Shown: positions 55,283 through 64,000 of the stretch, one piece after another
Position numbering within the stretch: position 1 is the stretch's first letter
How the letters are laid out: every line of letters starts with the position of its first letter
Origin: Candidatus Hermodarchaeum yapensis
GTDB taxonomy: Archaea; Asgardarchaeota; Hermodarchaeia; Hermodarchaeales; Hermodarchaeaceae
Assembly (NCBI GenBank): GCA_016840405.1
Contig: JAEOSK010000001.1
Span: forward strand, 40,952 to 104,951
DNA length: 64,000 bases
Direction of reading: 5' to 3'
Translations under genes and position numbers: made by a program
Notes under the pieces: model-generated
Told to the model about the DNA's origin: nothing
The model's database searches: none
What the model saw: the letters and a program-made list of their open reading frames with translations, nothing else

Positions 55283-56596
55283 TTGAAAGATAAAGTGCTC
55301 AAAACGTTTGGAAAGACCCATTACGTATCAGAACTGGGTCCCTCAATGAAAGATCAATCAGTCACACTTACCGGATGGGTTCACCGTAAACGTGAACATG
55401 GCGGTGTCATTTTCATTATTGTGCGTGATTCCACAGGTATTGTTCAGGTGGCAGGGCATCGTGGGCAAATGCCTGATGTGGTCTTTGATGCTATGCAGCA
55501 AGTGACTGTTGAATCGTCCATTGTTGTTACGGGAACTATTACAATTGATAAGCGAGCTCCAACGGGTATTGAGTTGAAGGTCACCGATTTTCAAATCATC
55601 AATCTCGCGGATTCAGAGTGGCCTTTGGAAAAGGATGCGGGTGAAGCGTTTCTGTATGATAAGCGCCACCTCTATCTTCGCAGTCCTAGTCAAACGTCGA
55701 TAATGCAAATCAAAGCAGGGATTAGTCGCGCGGCTCATCAATTCTTTGATGGAGAGGGGTTCACAGAGATTTTTCCTCCGGTCATGGTAGGAGCTAGTGT
55801 AGAGGGTGGAGCTACGCTTTTTCCTTTCAAGTACTTTGGAAGTACGGCTTATTTGAGTCAGAGTGCGCAGTTGTATGAAGAGGCGGCTATTTGTGGCCTA
55901 GAAAAGGTGTATTTGTTATCGCCGAGTTTTCGTGCTGAAAAACATAGGACTCGTCGGCATCTCACGGAATATTGGCATTTAGAATCTGAGATTCTCTTTG
56001 GCACTCATGATGATATTATGGGTGTGGAAGAACGCTTAGTTCACGCGATGGTCTCCTATGTAGAAAAACACTACCAAAGCCAATTGAAAATTCTCGATGT
56101 AAAGGTGCGAGTGCCCAAACTACCCTTCAAACGGATAACTTACGATGAGGCTGTGGAAATTGCTGGTCAGCAAGGGTTCACAGTTCGGTGGGGTGAAGAT
56201 TTGGGGACCGAAGCTGAACGTGCAGTATCGAAACAATTCAAAGATCCCTTTTTCATCATGGGATATCCGACTGCAGCCCGGTCATTTTATCATATGCCTG
56301 ACCCTGCACGTCCTGAGGTTACCTTAAGCAGCGACCTCGTTGCGCCAGAAGGATATGGTGAATTGACAAGCGGAGGTCAGCGTATCCACGATTTAGACCT
56401 TCTGTTAGAACGGATTAAGAATGAAAAACTGGATCCGTCTGCTTACGATTGGTATCTCGAGTTGCGGAAATTTGGATTACCCCCGCATTCAGGGTTCGGG
56501 ATGGGGCTAGAACGGTTTTTAGTTTGGCTTTTGCGCCTTAAACACATTCGCGAGGCTTGCCTGTTCCCCAGGACACCCAGCCGGATACAACCTTAG
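55283..56596 (+). CDS. class IIb aminoacyl-tRNA synthetase, asparaginyl-tRNA synthetase-like (AspRS alternative); likely TTG/GTG start, ORF track extends to 55190 into IS remnant
   Basis: LTGWVHRKREHGGVIFI anticodon-binding N-domain, motif 2 FRAEKHRTRRHLTEYWHLE (AsnRS-like), motif 3 GFGMGLERFLVWL, FPRTP. Confidence 0.65.
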   Translation: MKDKVLKTFGKTHYVSELGPSMKDQSVTLTGWVHRKREHGGVIFIIVRDSTGIVQVAGHRGQMPDVVFDAMQQVTVESSIVVTGTITIDKRAPTGIELKVTDFQIINLADSEWPLEKDAGEAFLYDKRHLYLRSPSQTSIMQIKAGISRAAHQFFDGEGFTEIFPPVMVGASVEGGATLFPFKYFGSTAYLSQSAQLYEEAAICGLEKVYLLSPSFRAEKHRTRRHLTEYWHLESEILFGTHDDIMGVEERLVHAMVSYVEKHYQSQLKILDVKVRVPKLPFKRITYDEAVEIAGQQGFTVRWGEDLGTEAERAVSKQFKDPFFIMGYPTAARSFYHMPDPARPEVTLSSDLVAPEGYGELTSGGQRIHDLDLLLERIKNEKLDPSAYDWYLELRKFGLPPHSGFGMGLERFLVWLLRLKHIREACLFPRTPSRIQP

Positions 56597-56689
56597 ATTG
56601 TCGTAAAGTAAAGTTTTTTCACTATCATTCTGAGGTCGGGGCAAGCTTAAAGATGAGTGTCCGTTCTAGTAACCAGCTCGGATATCTAG

Positions 56690-57385
56690 GTGCCTTGTAT
56701 GGTAGTACATGCAGTGTGGATAATCGATACTAGTGGAATCCCACTTTACCATAAGGCATATTCTCCCCTCGAGTTTGATCCAACGCTATTTAGTAGTTTT
56801 TTCTCTTCTCTAGTGCATTTCCAAAGCGAAATGATGGGACGCCAATTACAGGATATCACCTTCGAAGATCTCTCCTTTAGTTACATTGTGGATGCTGGCC
56901 TCGTATTTCTAGCAAGTGTGAAAAAAGATGCTTCTACTGGGAAGCTGCTAGAGTCCCTCCGAGACGTTTTCTTCAAGTTCTTCAAAGACGATTTAATTCT
57001 CCTTAGTACAATGCTGCGAACGAGTCCAAGGGCTCGCGAACTGCTCCAAAACTTTGAGCTGGAAGTCGACACACTCGTCGGGTATACTCCTCAAAAGGAG
57101 CCTGTTCCTGTTCGGGTTACGGCCATTCCACGGCTTTTACATAAAGACTCACCAATTCGGCAAGATCTGTTGCGACGCTTTGGTATGAAGGCGATTTTGA
57201 TAGTGATGTTAGCGGATGGAACTTATCGTATAAATGACATTTCAACGGCTTTGGATATTCCAGCAAAAGAAGTTGAAGAAATTGTAGGGCATGCACAACG
57301 ACGTGGCTACTTGAAAGTCGTTTCTGCCTATCAATCTGAAGAACTTGCACAACCTGAACCCGGGGAACAACTTCCTGAACCCTAG
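56690..57385 (+). CDS. longin/roadblock-like N-terminal domain protein with C-terminal winged-helix-like domain
   Basis: AVWIIDTSGIPLYHKAY...LVFLASV pattern shared with the other longin-like domains in this window. Confidence 0.4.
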   Translation: MPCMVVHAVWIIDTSGIPLYHKAYSPLEFDPTLFSSFFSSLVHFQSEMMGRQLQDITFEDLSFSYIVDAGLVFLASVKKDASTGKLLESLRDVFFKFFKDDLILLSTMLRTSPRARELLQNFELEVDTLVGYTPQKEPVPVRVTAIPRLLHKDSPIRQDLLRRFGMKAILIVMLADGTYRINDISTALDIPAKEVEEIVGHAQRRGYLKVVSAYQSEELAQPEPGEQLPEP

Positions 57386-57386
57386 T

Positions 57387-58214
57387 CTAATCGCTCTTCT
57401 CTATGCTCCGACGAGGGTCTTCAGCCTTAAATTTCGAGAGACAGGTTTTTTCAAAACATTGGGAGCACGTTAAATCGCTTTGTTCCCAACGATTACGGAA
57501 AATGTCGAGATACAATCCGCGCACCCATTGGGATGTTGAATATTCCACCATATCATCAAGACCACCTAATCCTCTATCCGTAAGTGGTGCGGTTCCCCGC
57601 CAAACACCACTATCATCAACTAAGATCCCATTGAAGTGGAGATGAGAGCAAAGACGAAACTCGACGCCTTCATTTTCCAAGGTTCGTAGGGCATCTGCCT
57701 GTTTCCATCGTTCGACTCCCTGAATAAGGGCGGGCGGAGTAGTGATAATGCGGATTTTCACACCAGCTTCATGTAATTCCTTCAGCAACGTGAGGAGATT
57801 CACAACTGGTTTCTGCTCTTCTGGATCAACTAAATCGATGCCATGGAGCTGGTGAGTTAAAATCAGAACTCGATATTGTGCTGATTGCAGCATGCGCAGA
57901 AGCTGTTGAACAACCTGTGGTCCACGAAGTAACTGTACTTCGCCCCTCCCTTCTTGGTCCGCTAGAGATTCTGCTTCTGCCTCGGGAGTAAGATGCGAAC
58001 GCTTCAATTGGGTTGCATTATTGGCGTATTCTAAACTTCGTTGCATGAGTACTCCTCGTAACGAAGAAGTATTCGCTCGATCGGCTAATTCCCGTAATTC
58101 TTGAGAAAGTTGGGTAAGAAGCTCAACAGCTTCGTCGATTTTTCCCTCTTCCTCAAGGCGCTTTGCTTCACTTGTGCGAATTCCAATTTCACGAAGTTCT
58201 TTGTCCAACGCCAA
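57387..58214 (-). CDS. coiled-coil N-terminus plus PLD/NucT-like domain with HxN(x4)D variant motif
   Basis: HFNGILVDDSGVWRGTAPLT aligns to HxK(x4)D(x6)GSxN with Lys replaced by Asn. Confidence 0.35.
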   Translation of the reverse strand: MALDKELREIGIRTSEAKRLEEEGKIDEAVELLTQLSQELRELADRANTSSLRGVLMQRSLEYANNATQLKRSHLTPEAEAESLADQEGRGEVQLLRGPQVVQQLLRMLQSAQYRVLILTHQLHGIDLVDPEEQKPVVNLLTLLKELHEAGVKIRIITTPPALIQGVERWKQADALRTLENEGVEFRLCSHLHFNGILVDDSGVWRGTAPLTDRGLGGLDDMVEYSTSQWVRGLYLDIFRNRWEQSDLTCSQCFEKTCLSKFKAEDPRRSIEKSD

Positions 58215-58370
58215 AACGGGTGCCTCCCAGCGTCAAGCCTAAGATTCGCTAGGCGCCCTTACATTTAACGCTTTTCTTAGATGGTCTGAAGAAGTTGCCG
58301 ATGAACTTTAAGCCCACTCTGTCGATAAACCCATGAATGAAACGCGCATTGAAATTCAAGTCAAAGGGGG

Positions 58371-60020
58371 TTGCTTCCAATCTCTAAGGTTCTTCGAAAA
58401 AGCTCTCCATATTTTGAGGTCACTGAAGCAGATGACAATACCATTAAACGCCTAGGTCAAGTCGCAGAACATCTTGCGCCTACTGAGAATACGAAGCCGA
58501 CGCGGTTCAAATTTCAAATTGAAAAAGCCGTTTTACAGCCTCTGGACGATTTGAATAAACTTTTTGCTCAGGTTAATTACACTCTGTCGCCAAACCTACA
58601 GAAAACCATACTCAAGAAACAAGCAATCAGTAGATACGCTGAGCTCAGGCTCCGGAAGAGCGATCTGGTCCTAAAACCCACTGGATTTCTAGACCTTACT
58701 GGAATCAAATCCTTACTTACATATAACTCGAAAGAAAAAATCTTCCACGCACGAATAATGGACTATTATACCATTCATCGGTTTTTAGAAAATAAAGGCT
58801 ATCCGGTAATCGTCCACTTCGTCTTGGATTTCCAATTACCAGAAGAGGTTAGGAGTCAACTTGAATTAGATATGGTGCTGCGAGAATACCAAGAAGAGGC
58901 ACTTCGACGCTGGGAGGGGGCACGCGGTCGTGGCGTAGTTGTTCTCCCAACAGGTGGAGGGAAGACAATACTTGCTTTGGAAGCCATTCGGAAATTTGCT
59001 GTAAAGACGCTTATTGTTGTTCCTACGCTAGATCTTCTCAGTCAATGGAAAGAAGCTCTCGAAGTCCTGCTTCACGTTCCTGAAGTTGGTATCCTTGGTG
59101 GAGGCAAAAAGACAGTTCACCATATTACGGTTGCGACTTATGACTCTGCATCGCTGTTGGCACATCAACTAGTCAATAAGTTTGGATTACTCGTGTTTGA
59201 CGAAGTACATCATCTCCCCAGCCCTACTTACCGTTTAGCTGCTGAATTCTCATTAGCTCCTCACCGTCTAGGACTTACAGCAACCCCCAAACGATATGAT
59301 GAACTCCATCACGACCTCGATCTGCTCGTAGGTCCAACAGTATATCGCATAGCACCTCGTCTTCTAGAAAAAAATGGTTATCTTGCACCCTATCAAATTC
59401 AGCGGATTCAAGTATCTCTCAAACCAGAGGAACAGACTCGTTACGAATCCCATATTCGCATTTTTCGGAATTATACGCGTCGATTGGACGATATTGAACC
59501 TGGCTGGCAGTTTGATACCATTGTGAAACGGACTGTCTTTGATCCCGATGCACGAGAAGCGCTTTCTAATCTTGAAAAGGCTCGACGTGTGGCCCTCGAA
59601 GCCTCAGGGAAAATTGAACATATAGAAAAGCTTCTTCAACAGTATCGCGATGAAAAGGTTATCATATTTTCGCGATACACTCGAGTTGTGGAGAAAGTAT
59701 CTAACCTTTTTGGTCTGCCTCTTATTACTCATAAAACCAAAGTCTCGGAACGCGAACGCATATTATCGCAGTTCAAGACAGGAGGCTTATCAAAAGTTGT
59801 GACGGGACAGGTGCTTGATGAAGGCGTGGATGTGCCTGATGCATCTATAGGAATTATTGTTTCGGGGACAGGTAGCAAACGCGAGTTCATTCAGCGTCTT
59901 GGTCGGCTTCTCCGACCACAAAAAGAGCAGGCTATCTTGTATGAACTCGTAACTGAATCAACGTTGGAAGATGGTCTTTCACGTCGTAGGCAGTTTGATG
60001 AAGAAGACGGTGGAAGCTAG
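58371..60020 (+). CDS. xpb: XPB/Rad25-type SF2 DNA helicase
   Basis: LREYQEEAL Q-motif, VLPTGGGKT, DEVHH, LTATPKR, C-term QRLGRLLR. Confidence 0.7.
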   Translation: MLPISKVLRKSSPYFEVTEADDNTIKRLGQVAEHLAPTENTKPTRFKFQIEKAVLQPLDDLNKLFAQVNYTLSPNLQKTILKKQAISRYAELRLRKSDLVLKPTGFLDLTGIKSLLTYNSKEKIFHARIMDYYTIHRFLENKGYPVIVHFVLDFQLPEEVRSQLELDMVLREYQEEALRRWEGARGRGVVVLPTGGGKTILALEAIRKFAVKTLIVVPTLDLLSQWKEALEVLLHVPEVGILGGGKKTVHHITVATYDSASLLAHQLVNKFGLLVFDEVHHLPSPTYRLAAEFSLAPHRLGLTATPKRYDELHHDLDLLVGPTVYRIAPRLLEKNGYLAPYQIQRIQVSLKPEEQTRYESHIRIFRNYTRRLDDIEPGWQFDTIVKRTVFDPDAREALSNLEKARRVALEASGKIEHIEKLLQQYRDEKVIIFSRYTRVVEKVSNLFGLPLITHKTKVSERERILSQFKTGGLSKVVTGQVLDEGVDVPDASIGIIVSGTGSKREFIQRLGRLLRPQKEQAILYELVTESTLEDGLSRRRQFDEEDGGS

Positions 60021-60042
60021 TTGATTCTTGGTGTTCGTCGAG

Positions 60043-60393
60043 TTAATAGCCTTTACTGGCACCGCCCATGATGAAGACAAGGCCAACAAGGATTAGGAAA
60101 CCAGCACCAAGAGAGAGTAGCGCGGGAATCAGGAGTGTTGAATCGATCAAGTAGAACCATCCAACAAATCCTACTGATACAGCAATACAGATTCCACCAA
60201 TTGCTAATTCAGCATAATGGGCTTGGTCGCCAAGAGTCCCTGCAAGGAATAATCCGGCAATGAAGAAGAGACCTGGAATTACAGCTAACTGCCAAGTTAC
60301 GGGAGTCAGAAAGAAAATGACAAAGACTTCTAACCAAGCAGCTGCGCCAATCATGATACCGCCAAATAGGGCTGGACCTGCCATAAGCATCAC
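60043..60393 (-). CDS. small hydrophobic membrane protein (3-4 TM)
   Basis: ORF, hydrophobic. Confidence 0.4.
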   Translation of the reverse strand: MMLMAGPALFGGIMIGAAAWLEVFVIFFLTPVTWQLAVIPGLFFIAGLFLAGTLGDQAHYAELAIGGICIAVSVGFVGWFYLIDSTLLIPALLSLGAGFLILVGLVFIMGGASKGY

Positions 60394-60486
60394 CGTTTAT
60401 ATTAAGTGAACTAGACACACAAATCTGACTATTTATCTTTTCAGGTATAAAGTGTAATAGTATGTAGATATCAAGGAGTTCGGGCT

Positions 60487-62427
60487 GTGTCGAAAACTAC
60501 GTCCTCTGACCGTTCATCAAAGGTTGCGAAAAAAGCTAAACCTGCACCTCTTCCAGAGGAAGGGCGTCCTGCTAAGTCTTGGTCACGTGTAGCTGTCGAT
60601 GCTAATTTCTTCATTTTAGCCTTTGCTCAAGATATTCAGTCACTAAATCGGTTTAAAGAGATTGCTGACCGAGTGGCTTTCAAACTTTATACATCTAGTC
60701 AGATTTTACAGGAATTACGGGGAAGGCTACGCCGACAAGTACGAAAAGTTGTCCAAGTTATTGATGTTACTCAAGACGAATTGGATGCTTACATCGACAA
60801 AGCCCGGGATATTGTCGATCGGATTCCACAAGCTCCGGACCTTTCCCTACTCATTGTGCTGAACAAATTAAATGAAAAAAGGCTAATCAGTTCCGATTTT
60901 CAGCTATTACAATCACTCCGAAATCTTGAACCAGAAATTGAAGGATTGATGGGCAGCGCCTTTCTGTTACACCTTCTCGAGAGAAGTCACGAAAACGCTG
61001 AGGATACTGCCTTCCTTGAGACTCTCCGAGAACGAGTGTTACACACAGAAATCAAGTACAGCATTACTCGGCGGAGTGTTTATGATCCTACTACTCGAAT
61101 CAAGCTAATTGAAAACCAAGCCTTCCAAGTCGTCCGTTCTTTACGAGGACCACGCATTGCTGAAGAAGATCTTATTGGCATGACTGATCAAGAAGCGCTT
61201 GGGCTGCTTACGTTCCTCCAGGAGCTCCGTCGGAATTATGCCAGTTATGTGAATAAAATACAGGAACAAAACTATCGAGAAGCGCTCGAGGATATTGGCG
61301 TTGACCGTGAAGAACTCTACAATCACCTGGTCCTCCTCTCGTGGGAACTGTCAGCAACTGCACACCGTAGACTTCTCAGGCAGATCACGCCTGATATGGT
61401 GCTCTTAAACTATCTAACTGCGCTCTGTTACCTGTATCTTGGCGAACAAGACGATTTGGAGAAAGCCAAAGAGGCTATTGAGGAATGCAATCGAATCCTC
61501 CTGAGTGTTCGACCTGATGCGACCACCTATCGGCGTTTAATGGTAATGACTCACATGCTCCGCATTACCATCAATCTACTCTTAGAGGATTTTGAATCAG
61601 CAACTATGTACTTCACCATATTCGCCAGGAAAACACAGGAATGGGGCTTTGTAAATGAACAGGCGACCGCTCAGGCCCTCTATCTAGCCCTCCTCGTCAT
61701 CCGTGGAGAAATTACCTCGAAGGAATTCCCGTCTATAACGGATCCGGAAGAGGTGATTCGGTTTCTAATTGACCTTTCTTCTATCTATTTTGCACTCAGG
61801 AGATTTTCTGAAGCCTGGAATCTTCTCTATCAAGTCCTGTTAATTATTCAGTATTTTGAATTGTTCGAGATTCTTGAGCCGATGGTCCAGCGATTAATCC
61901 TTGTTTATTATGCAGAGGGTCGACGAAGGACAGACGAATTTGATGTTATTTCAAAGAATTTACGCTCTTGGCTTCAAGAGTATAATCAACCAACAACTCT
62001 TGTGGACGATTTGGATGCTGAACTTGCAGAAACAGTAATGCCAACATCTGATTATTTCACAGAACAAAGCCTGCCATCTGATAAGCTCCATCCTGATTTA
62101 CAAGAATGGCTGACAGTCATCGACCGAGTGGACACAGTACTCCTTCAAGGTAGCATTCTCATATGTCGAAGCCGAAAACTCATGTGGAACATCGCTCTCC
62201 TTATTCAAGGTGTACTTCAAGAAGAAAGAGCAAAAGGTGGGGAACAAGTGCGGCTTGGTGAAGGAAAATTCAAAGTCGATGATCCCCCACCCAGCCTTAA
62301 GGACCGATATCACATTCTAGCCCTGATTCATTCCGATCCCACCGGAAGTAGCCGCATTTACGTTCGTGGAGGAGAAGGACTTCGACTTCTCCAATTGGGT
62401 ACCCTCTTAGATGAACGCATCTCATAA
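60487..62427 (+). CDS. hypothetical 646-aa protein, possible PIN-like N-terminal domain followed by all-helical (TPR-like) region
   Basis: VAVDANFFILAF start of PIN-like strand; remainder helical; located between xpb and bax1-like genes. Confidence 0.5.
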   Translation: MSKTTSSDRSSKVAKKAKPAPLPEEGRPAKSWSRVAVDANFFILAFAQDIQSLNRFKEIADRVAFKLYTSSQILQELRGRLRRQVRKVVQVIDVTQDELDAYIDKARDIVDRIPQAPDLSLLIVLNKLNEKRLISSDFQLLQSLRNLEPEIEGLMGSAFLLHLLERSHENAEDTAFLETLRERVLHTEIKYSITRRSVYDPTTRIKLIENQAFQVVRSLRGPRIAEEDLIGMTDQEALGLLTFLQELRRNYASYVNKIQEQNYREALEDIGVDREELYNHLVLLSWELSATAHRRLLRQITPDMVLLNYLTALCYLYLGEQDDLEKAKEAIEECNRILLSVRPDATTYRRLMVMTHMLRITINLLLEDFESATMYFTIFARKTQEWGFVNEQATAQALYLALLVIRGEITSKEFPSITDPEEVIRFLIDLSSIYFALRRFSEAWNLLYQVLLIIQYFELFEILEPMVQRLILVYYAEGRRRTDEFDVISKNLRSWLQEYNQPTTLVDDLDAELAETVMPTSDYFTEQSLPSDKLHPDLQEWLTVIDRVDTVLLQGSILICRSRKLMWNIALLIQGVLQEERAKGGEQVRLGEGKFKVDDPPPSLKDRYHILALIHSDPTGSSRIYVRGGEGLRLLQLGTLLDERIS

Positions 62428-62438
62428 CAATAAAAGTA

Positions 62439-63734
62439 ATGGGGATTGCAGCAATGGTGTTGCGACTGCAATATCTCAAATATCAAATCAGAGGAAACCA
62501 TCTGCTTCCCTTTTTTCTTGCGCACCCAATGGATCAAGCACTGCCTCAACGGTTGATAGATCATTTCGAAGCCCATATCGGAAAAAACCGCGGTTCCATT
62601 GATTTTGATACATCTCTTACGTGGGCTCCTGACAGTCGAGTGGTTCGCGCGTTGATAGCGACATTACTGAGTCGGTTTTACGCATTTTCACCCAACCAAC
62701 TTGAGGATCTTCTTGATGCAACGGAACTCGCTGGATTACGTGGTCAAGGGATTTCGTCTCTTGAGGATTTTCGGCTATGGTTTTGGCAATTTGTGCAAAG
62801 TGAGTCCGGAGGCTTTTTTCTACGTGACCAACGAAATGAGTTTTTCCAAAAGGTTGCCCACACTCTCCAACTCCCGCCCCAAAGTATTGAACCGTTACTC
62901 ACTGCTCATCGAGAAGATGTTATGCAACTTCACCGAAAAAATCACAGTCCCTCAGCAAAAGATGTAATCGGTGCTTATAACTACGAAGTGTTAGAAACTC
63001 TCCTTTTCAACAGTGACACTGTTGTCATTTCCATTACAGGGAGTAGCTTGGGAGCTACCGCGCGCTCTCTTCTAAAATATACGAAACGCTTTGGAGTGTT
63101 AGTAGATTTAGAATCATCCGATGAAACTCTTCGTGCCACCATTGCTGGACCACGAGTCTTTTTCGGTCGGGCCTCCTCCTTCGGATGGAATATTGCCCAA
63201 GTAATAACTAGTCTACTTGAGGAAGCACCGGGTCTTGGTATTTCGGTGGACAAGGTTTCAATTGATGTTATCCTACGAGATCGGCACTATATGGTTCAGT
63301 TGGACGCTGATTCTATCCCATTAATTATTCCACGAAAGCAAGTTCGTGAAGACGAAGCTTTTCTTGATTCCAAGGTAGAGAAACAATTCTTTTGGAGTTG
63401 GCATAACAACAAATTTCGGGGCTGGGACATCATCCGTGAACCGGAGGCAATCATCTTAGGATCCCAGTTAATCATCCCCGATTTTGCCCTCGTGAAAGGG
63501 GACCATAGCGTTCTTCTTGAAATCATTGGGTACTGGCGAGAAGAATATACCCAAAAGAAACTCGCACAACTTGAAATGCTCAAGCAACAAGGTTTGAAAC
63601 ACATGATCCTCCTTGTTGATACCAAACACCGTCGCTATTTTTCCAAATCCACCTATCCTGTGGTTTTCTACCGGTCACGAGGAAAACGTTACGAAATTCC
63701 TTATGGAAAAATCTTGAAAGTTCTCCCCGAATAA
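62439..63734 (+). CDS. DUF790/Bax1-like nuclease (XPB-associated)
   Basis: 431 aa; N-term LQYLKYQIRGNHLLPFFL...LIDHFEAHIGKNRG and C-term IIPDFALVKGDHSVLLEIIGYWREEY resemble Bax1; proximity to xpb. Confidence 0.5.
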   Translation: MGIAAMVLRLQYLKYQIRGNHLLPFFLAHPMDQALPQRLIDHFEAHIGKNRGSIDFDTSLTWAPDSRVVRALIATLLSRFYAFSPNQLEDLLDATELAGLRGQGISSLEDFRLWFWQFVQSESGGFFLRDQRNEFFQKVAHTLQLPPQSIEPLLTAHREDVMQLHRKNHSPSAKDVIGAYNYEVLETLLFNSDTVVISITGSSLGATARSLLKYTKRFGVLVDLESSDETLRATIAGPRVFFGRASSFGWNIAQVITSLLEEAPGLGISVDKVSIDVILRDRHYMVQLDADSIPLIIPRKQVREDEAFLDSKVEKQFFWSWHNNKFRGWDIIREPEAIILGSQLIIPDFALVKGDHSVLLEIIGYWREEYTQKKLAQLEMLKQQGLKHMILLVDTKHRRYFSKSTYPVVFYRSRGKRYEIPYGKILKVLPE

Positions 63735-64000
63735 TTCGTCAAGCCGTTTAACGGATGGTTTAAATAGATGAACCTGGAAGTTGTTGCTCCAGAGTGTACG
63801 GATGGGCTGATGCCTTGGAATTTCAACAATCATGAACAATCACTGCTCATTCTTCATCCCCCCTATTTTGTGCCATCAGTCCCTCGAGCCAATTATTCTC
63901 TTCTTAGGACGTGAGTTGTGTGAAGTACAGGTTATCTGAAAAAGCTCGACAAATTCTTAACCATCTCAGTACAATGAAGAGACCCCTATCTGCTTCATCC

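Overview
This 64 kb window reads like chromosomal DNA from an Asgard-type archaeon. It is gene-dense, uses ATG/GTG/TTG starts, and shows BRE/TATA-like AT-rich promoters. Archaeal housekeeping genes present are a histone, a homotetramer-type tRNA-intron endonuclease, an ATP-dependent DNA ligase, RNase HII, an XPB-like helicase with a DUF790/Bax1-like nuclease, an AsnRS/AspRS-family synthetase, and a tungsten-type aldehyde:ferredoxin oxidoreductase (AOR) with a polyferredoxin. These sit alongside eukaryote-like signature proteins: three small Ras/Arf-like GTPases, two of them fused to N-terminal longin/roadblock-like domains, further stand-alone longin/roadblock-like proteins, a cyclin/TFIIB-like protein, an E/K-rich single-alpha-helix protein and a 1795-aa coiled-coil giant. 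No rRNA, tRNA or CRISPR array was detected by eye. The central 13-32 kb stretch is accessory-like and holds four GNAT acetyltransferases, a vicinal-oxygen-chelate (VOC)/glyoxalase protein, a C45-family acyltransferase, a nitroreductase, an alpha/beta hydrolase and a tandem triplication of membrane-anchored beta-lactamase-fold serine hydrolases. Each hydrolase copy is preceded by the same 39-nt promoter element at a 1332/1333-bp period. The most notable individual findings are described next. A threonine-synthase-like domain has lost its PLP-binding lysine and is fused to a PadR DNA-binding domain. It sits next to a perfect 22-bp palindrome and a divergent ECF-S/radical-SAM-SPASM/GNAT/EamA operon. 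A 53-bp duplicated copy of a helicase 3' end flanks an inserted C45 gene. A decayed TnpB (IS200/IS605) element carrying in-frame TGA codons lies upstream of the tRNA synthetase. The longin-GTPase genes use almost exclusively C-ending codons, whereas their coiled-coil partner genes use G/T-ending codons. An acyl-CoA dehydrogenase is fused to SCP2 and MaoC-hydratase domains. All coordinates taken from the ORF track are exact, and coordinates I derived by hand may be off by 1-2 nt.
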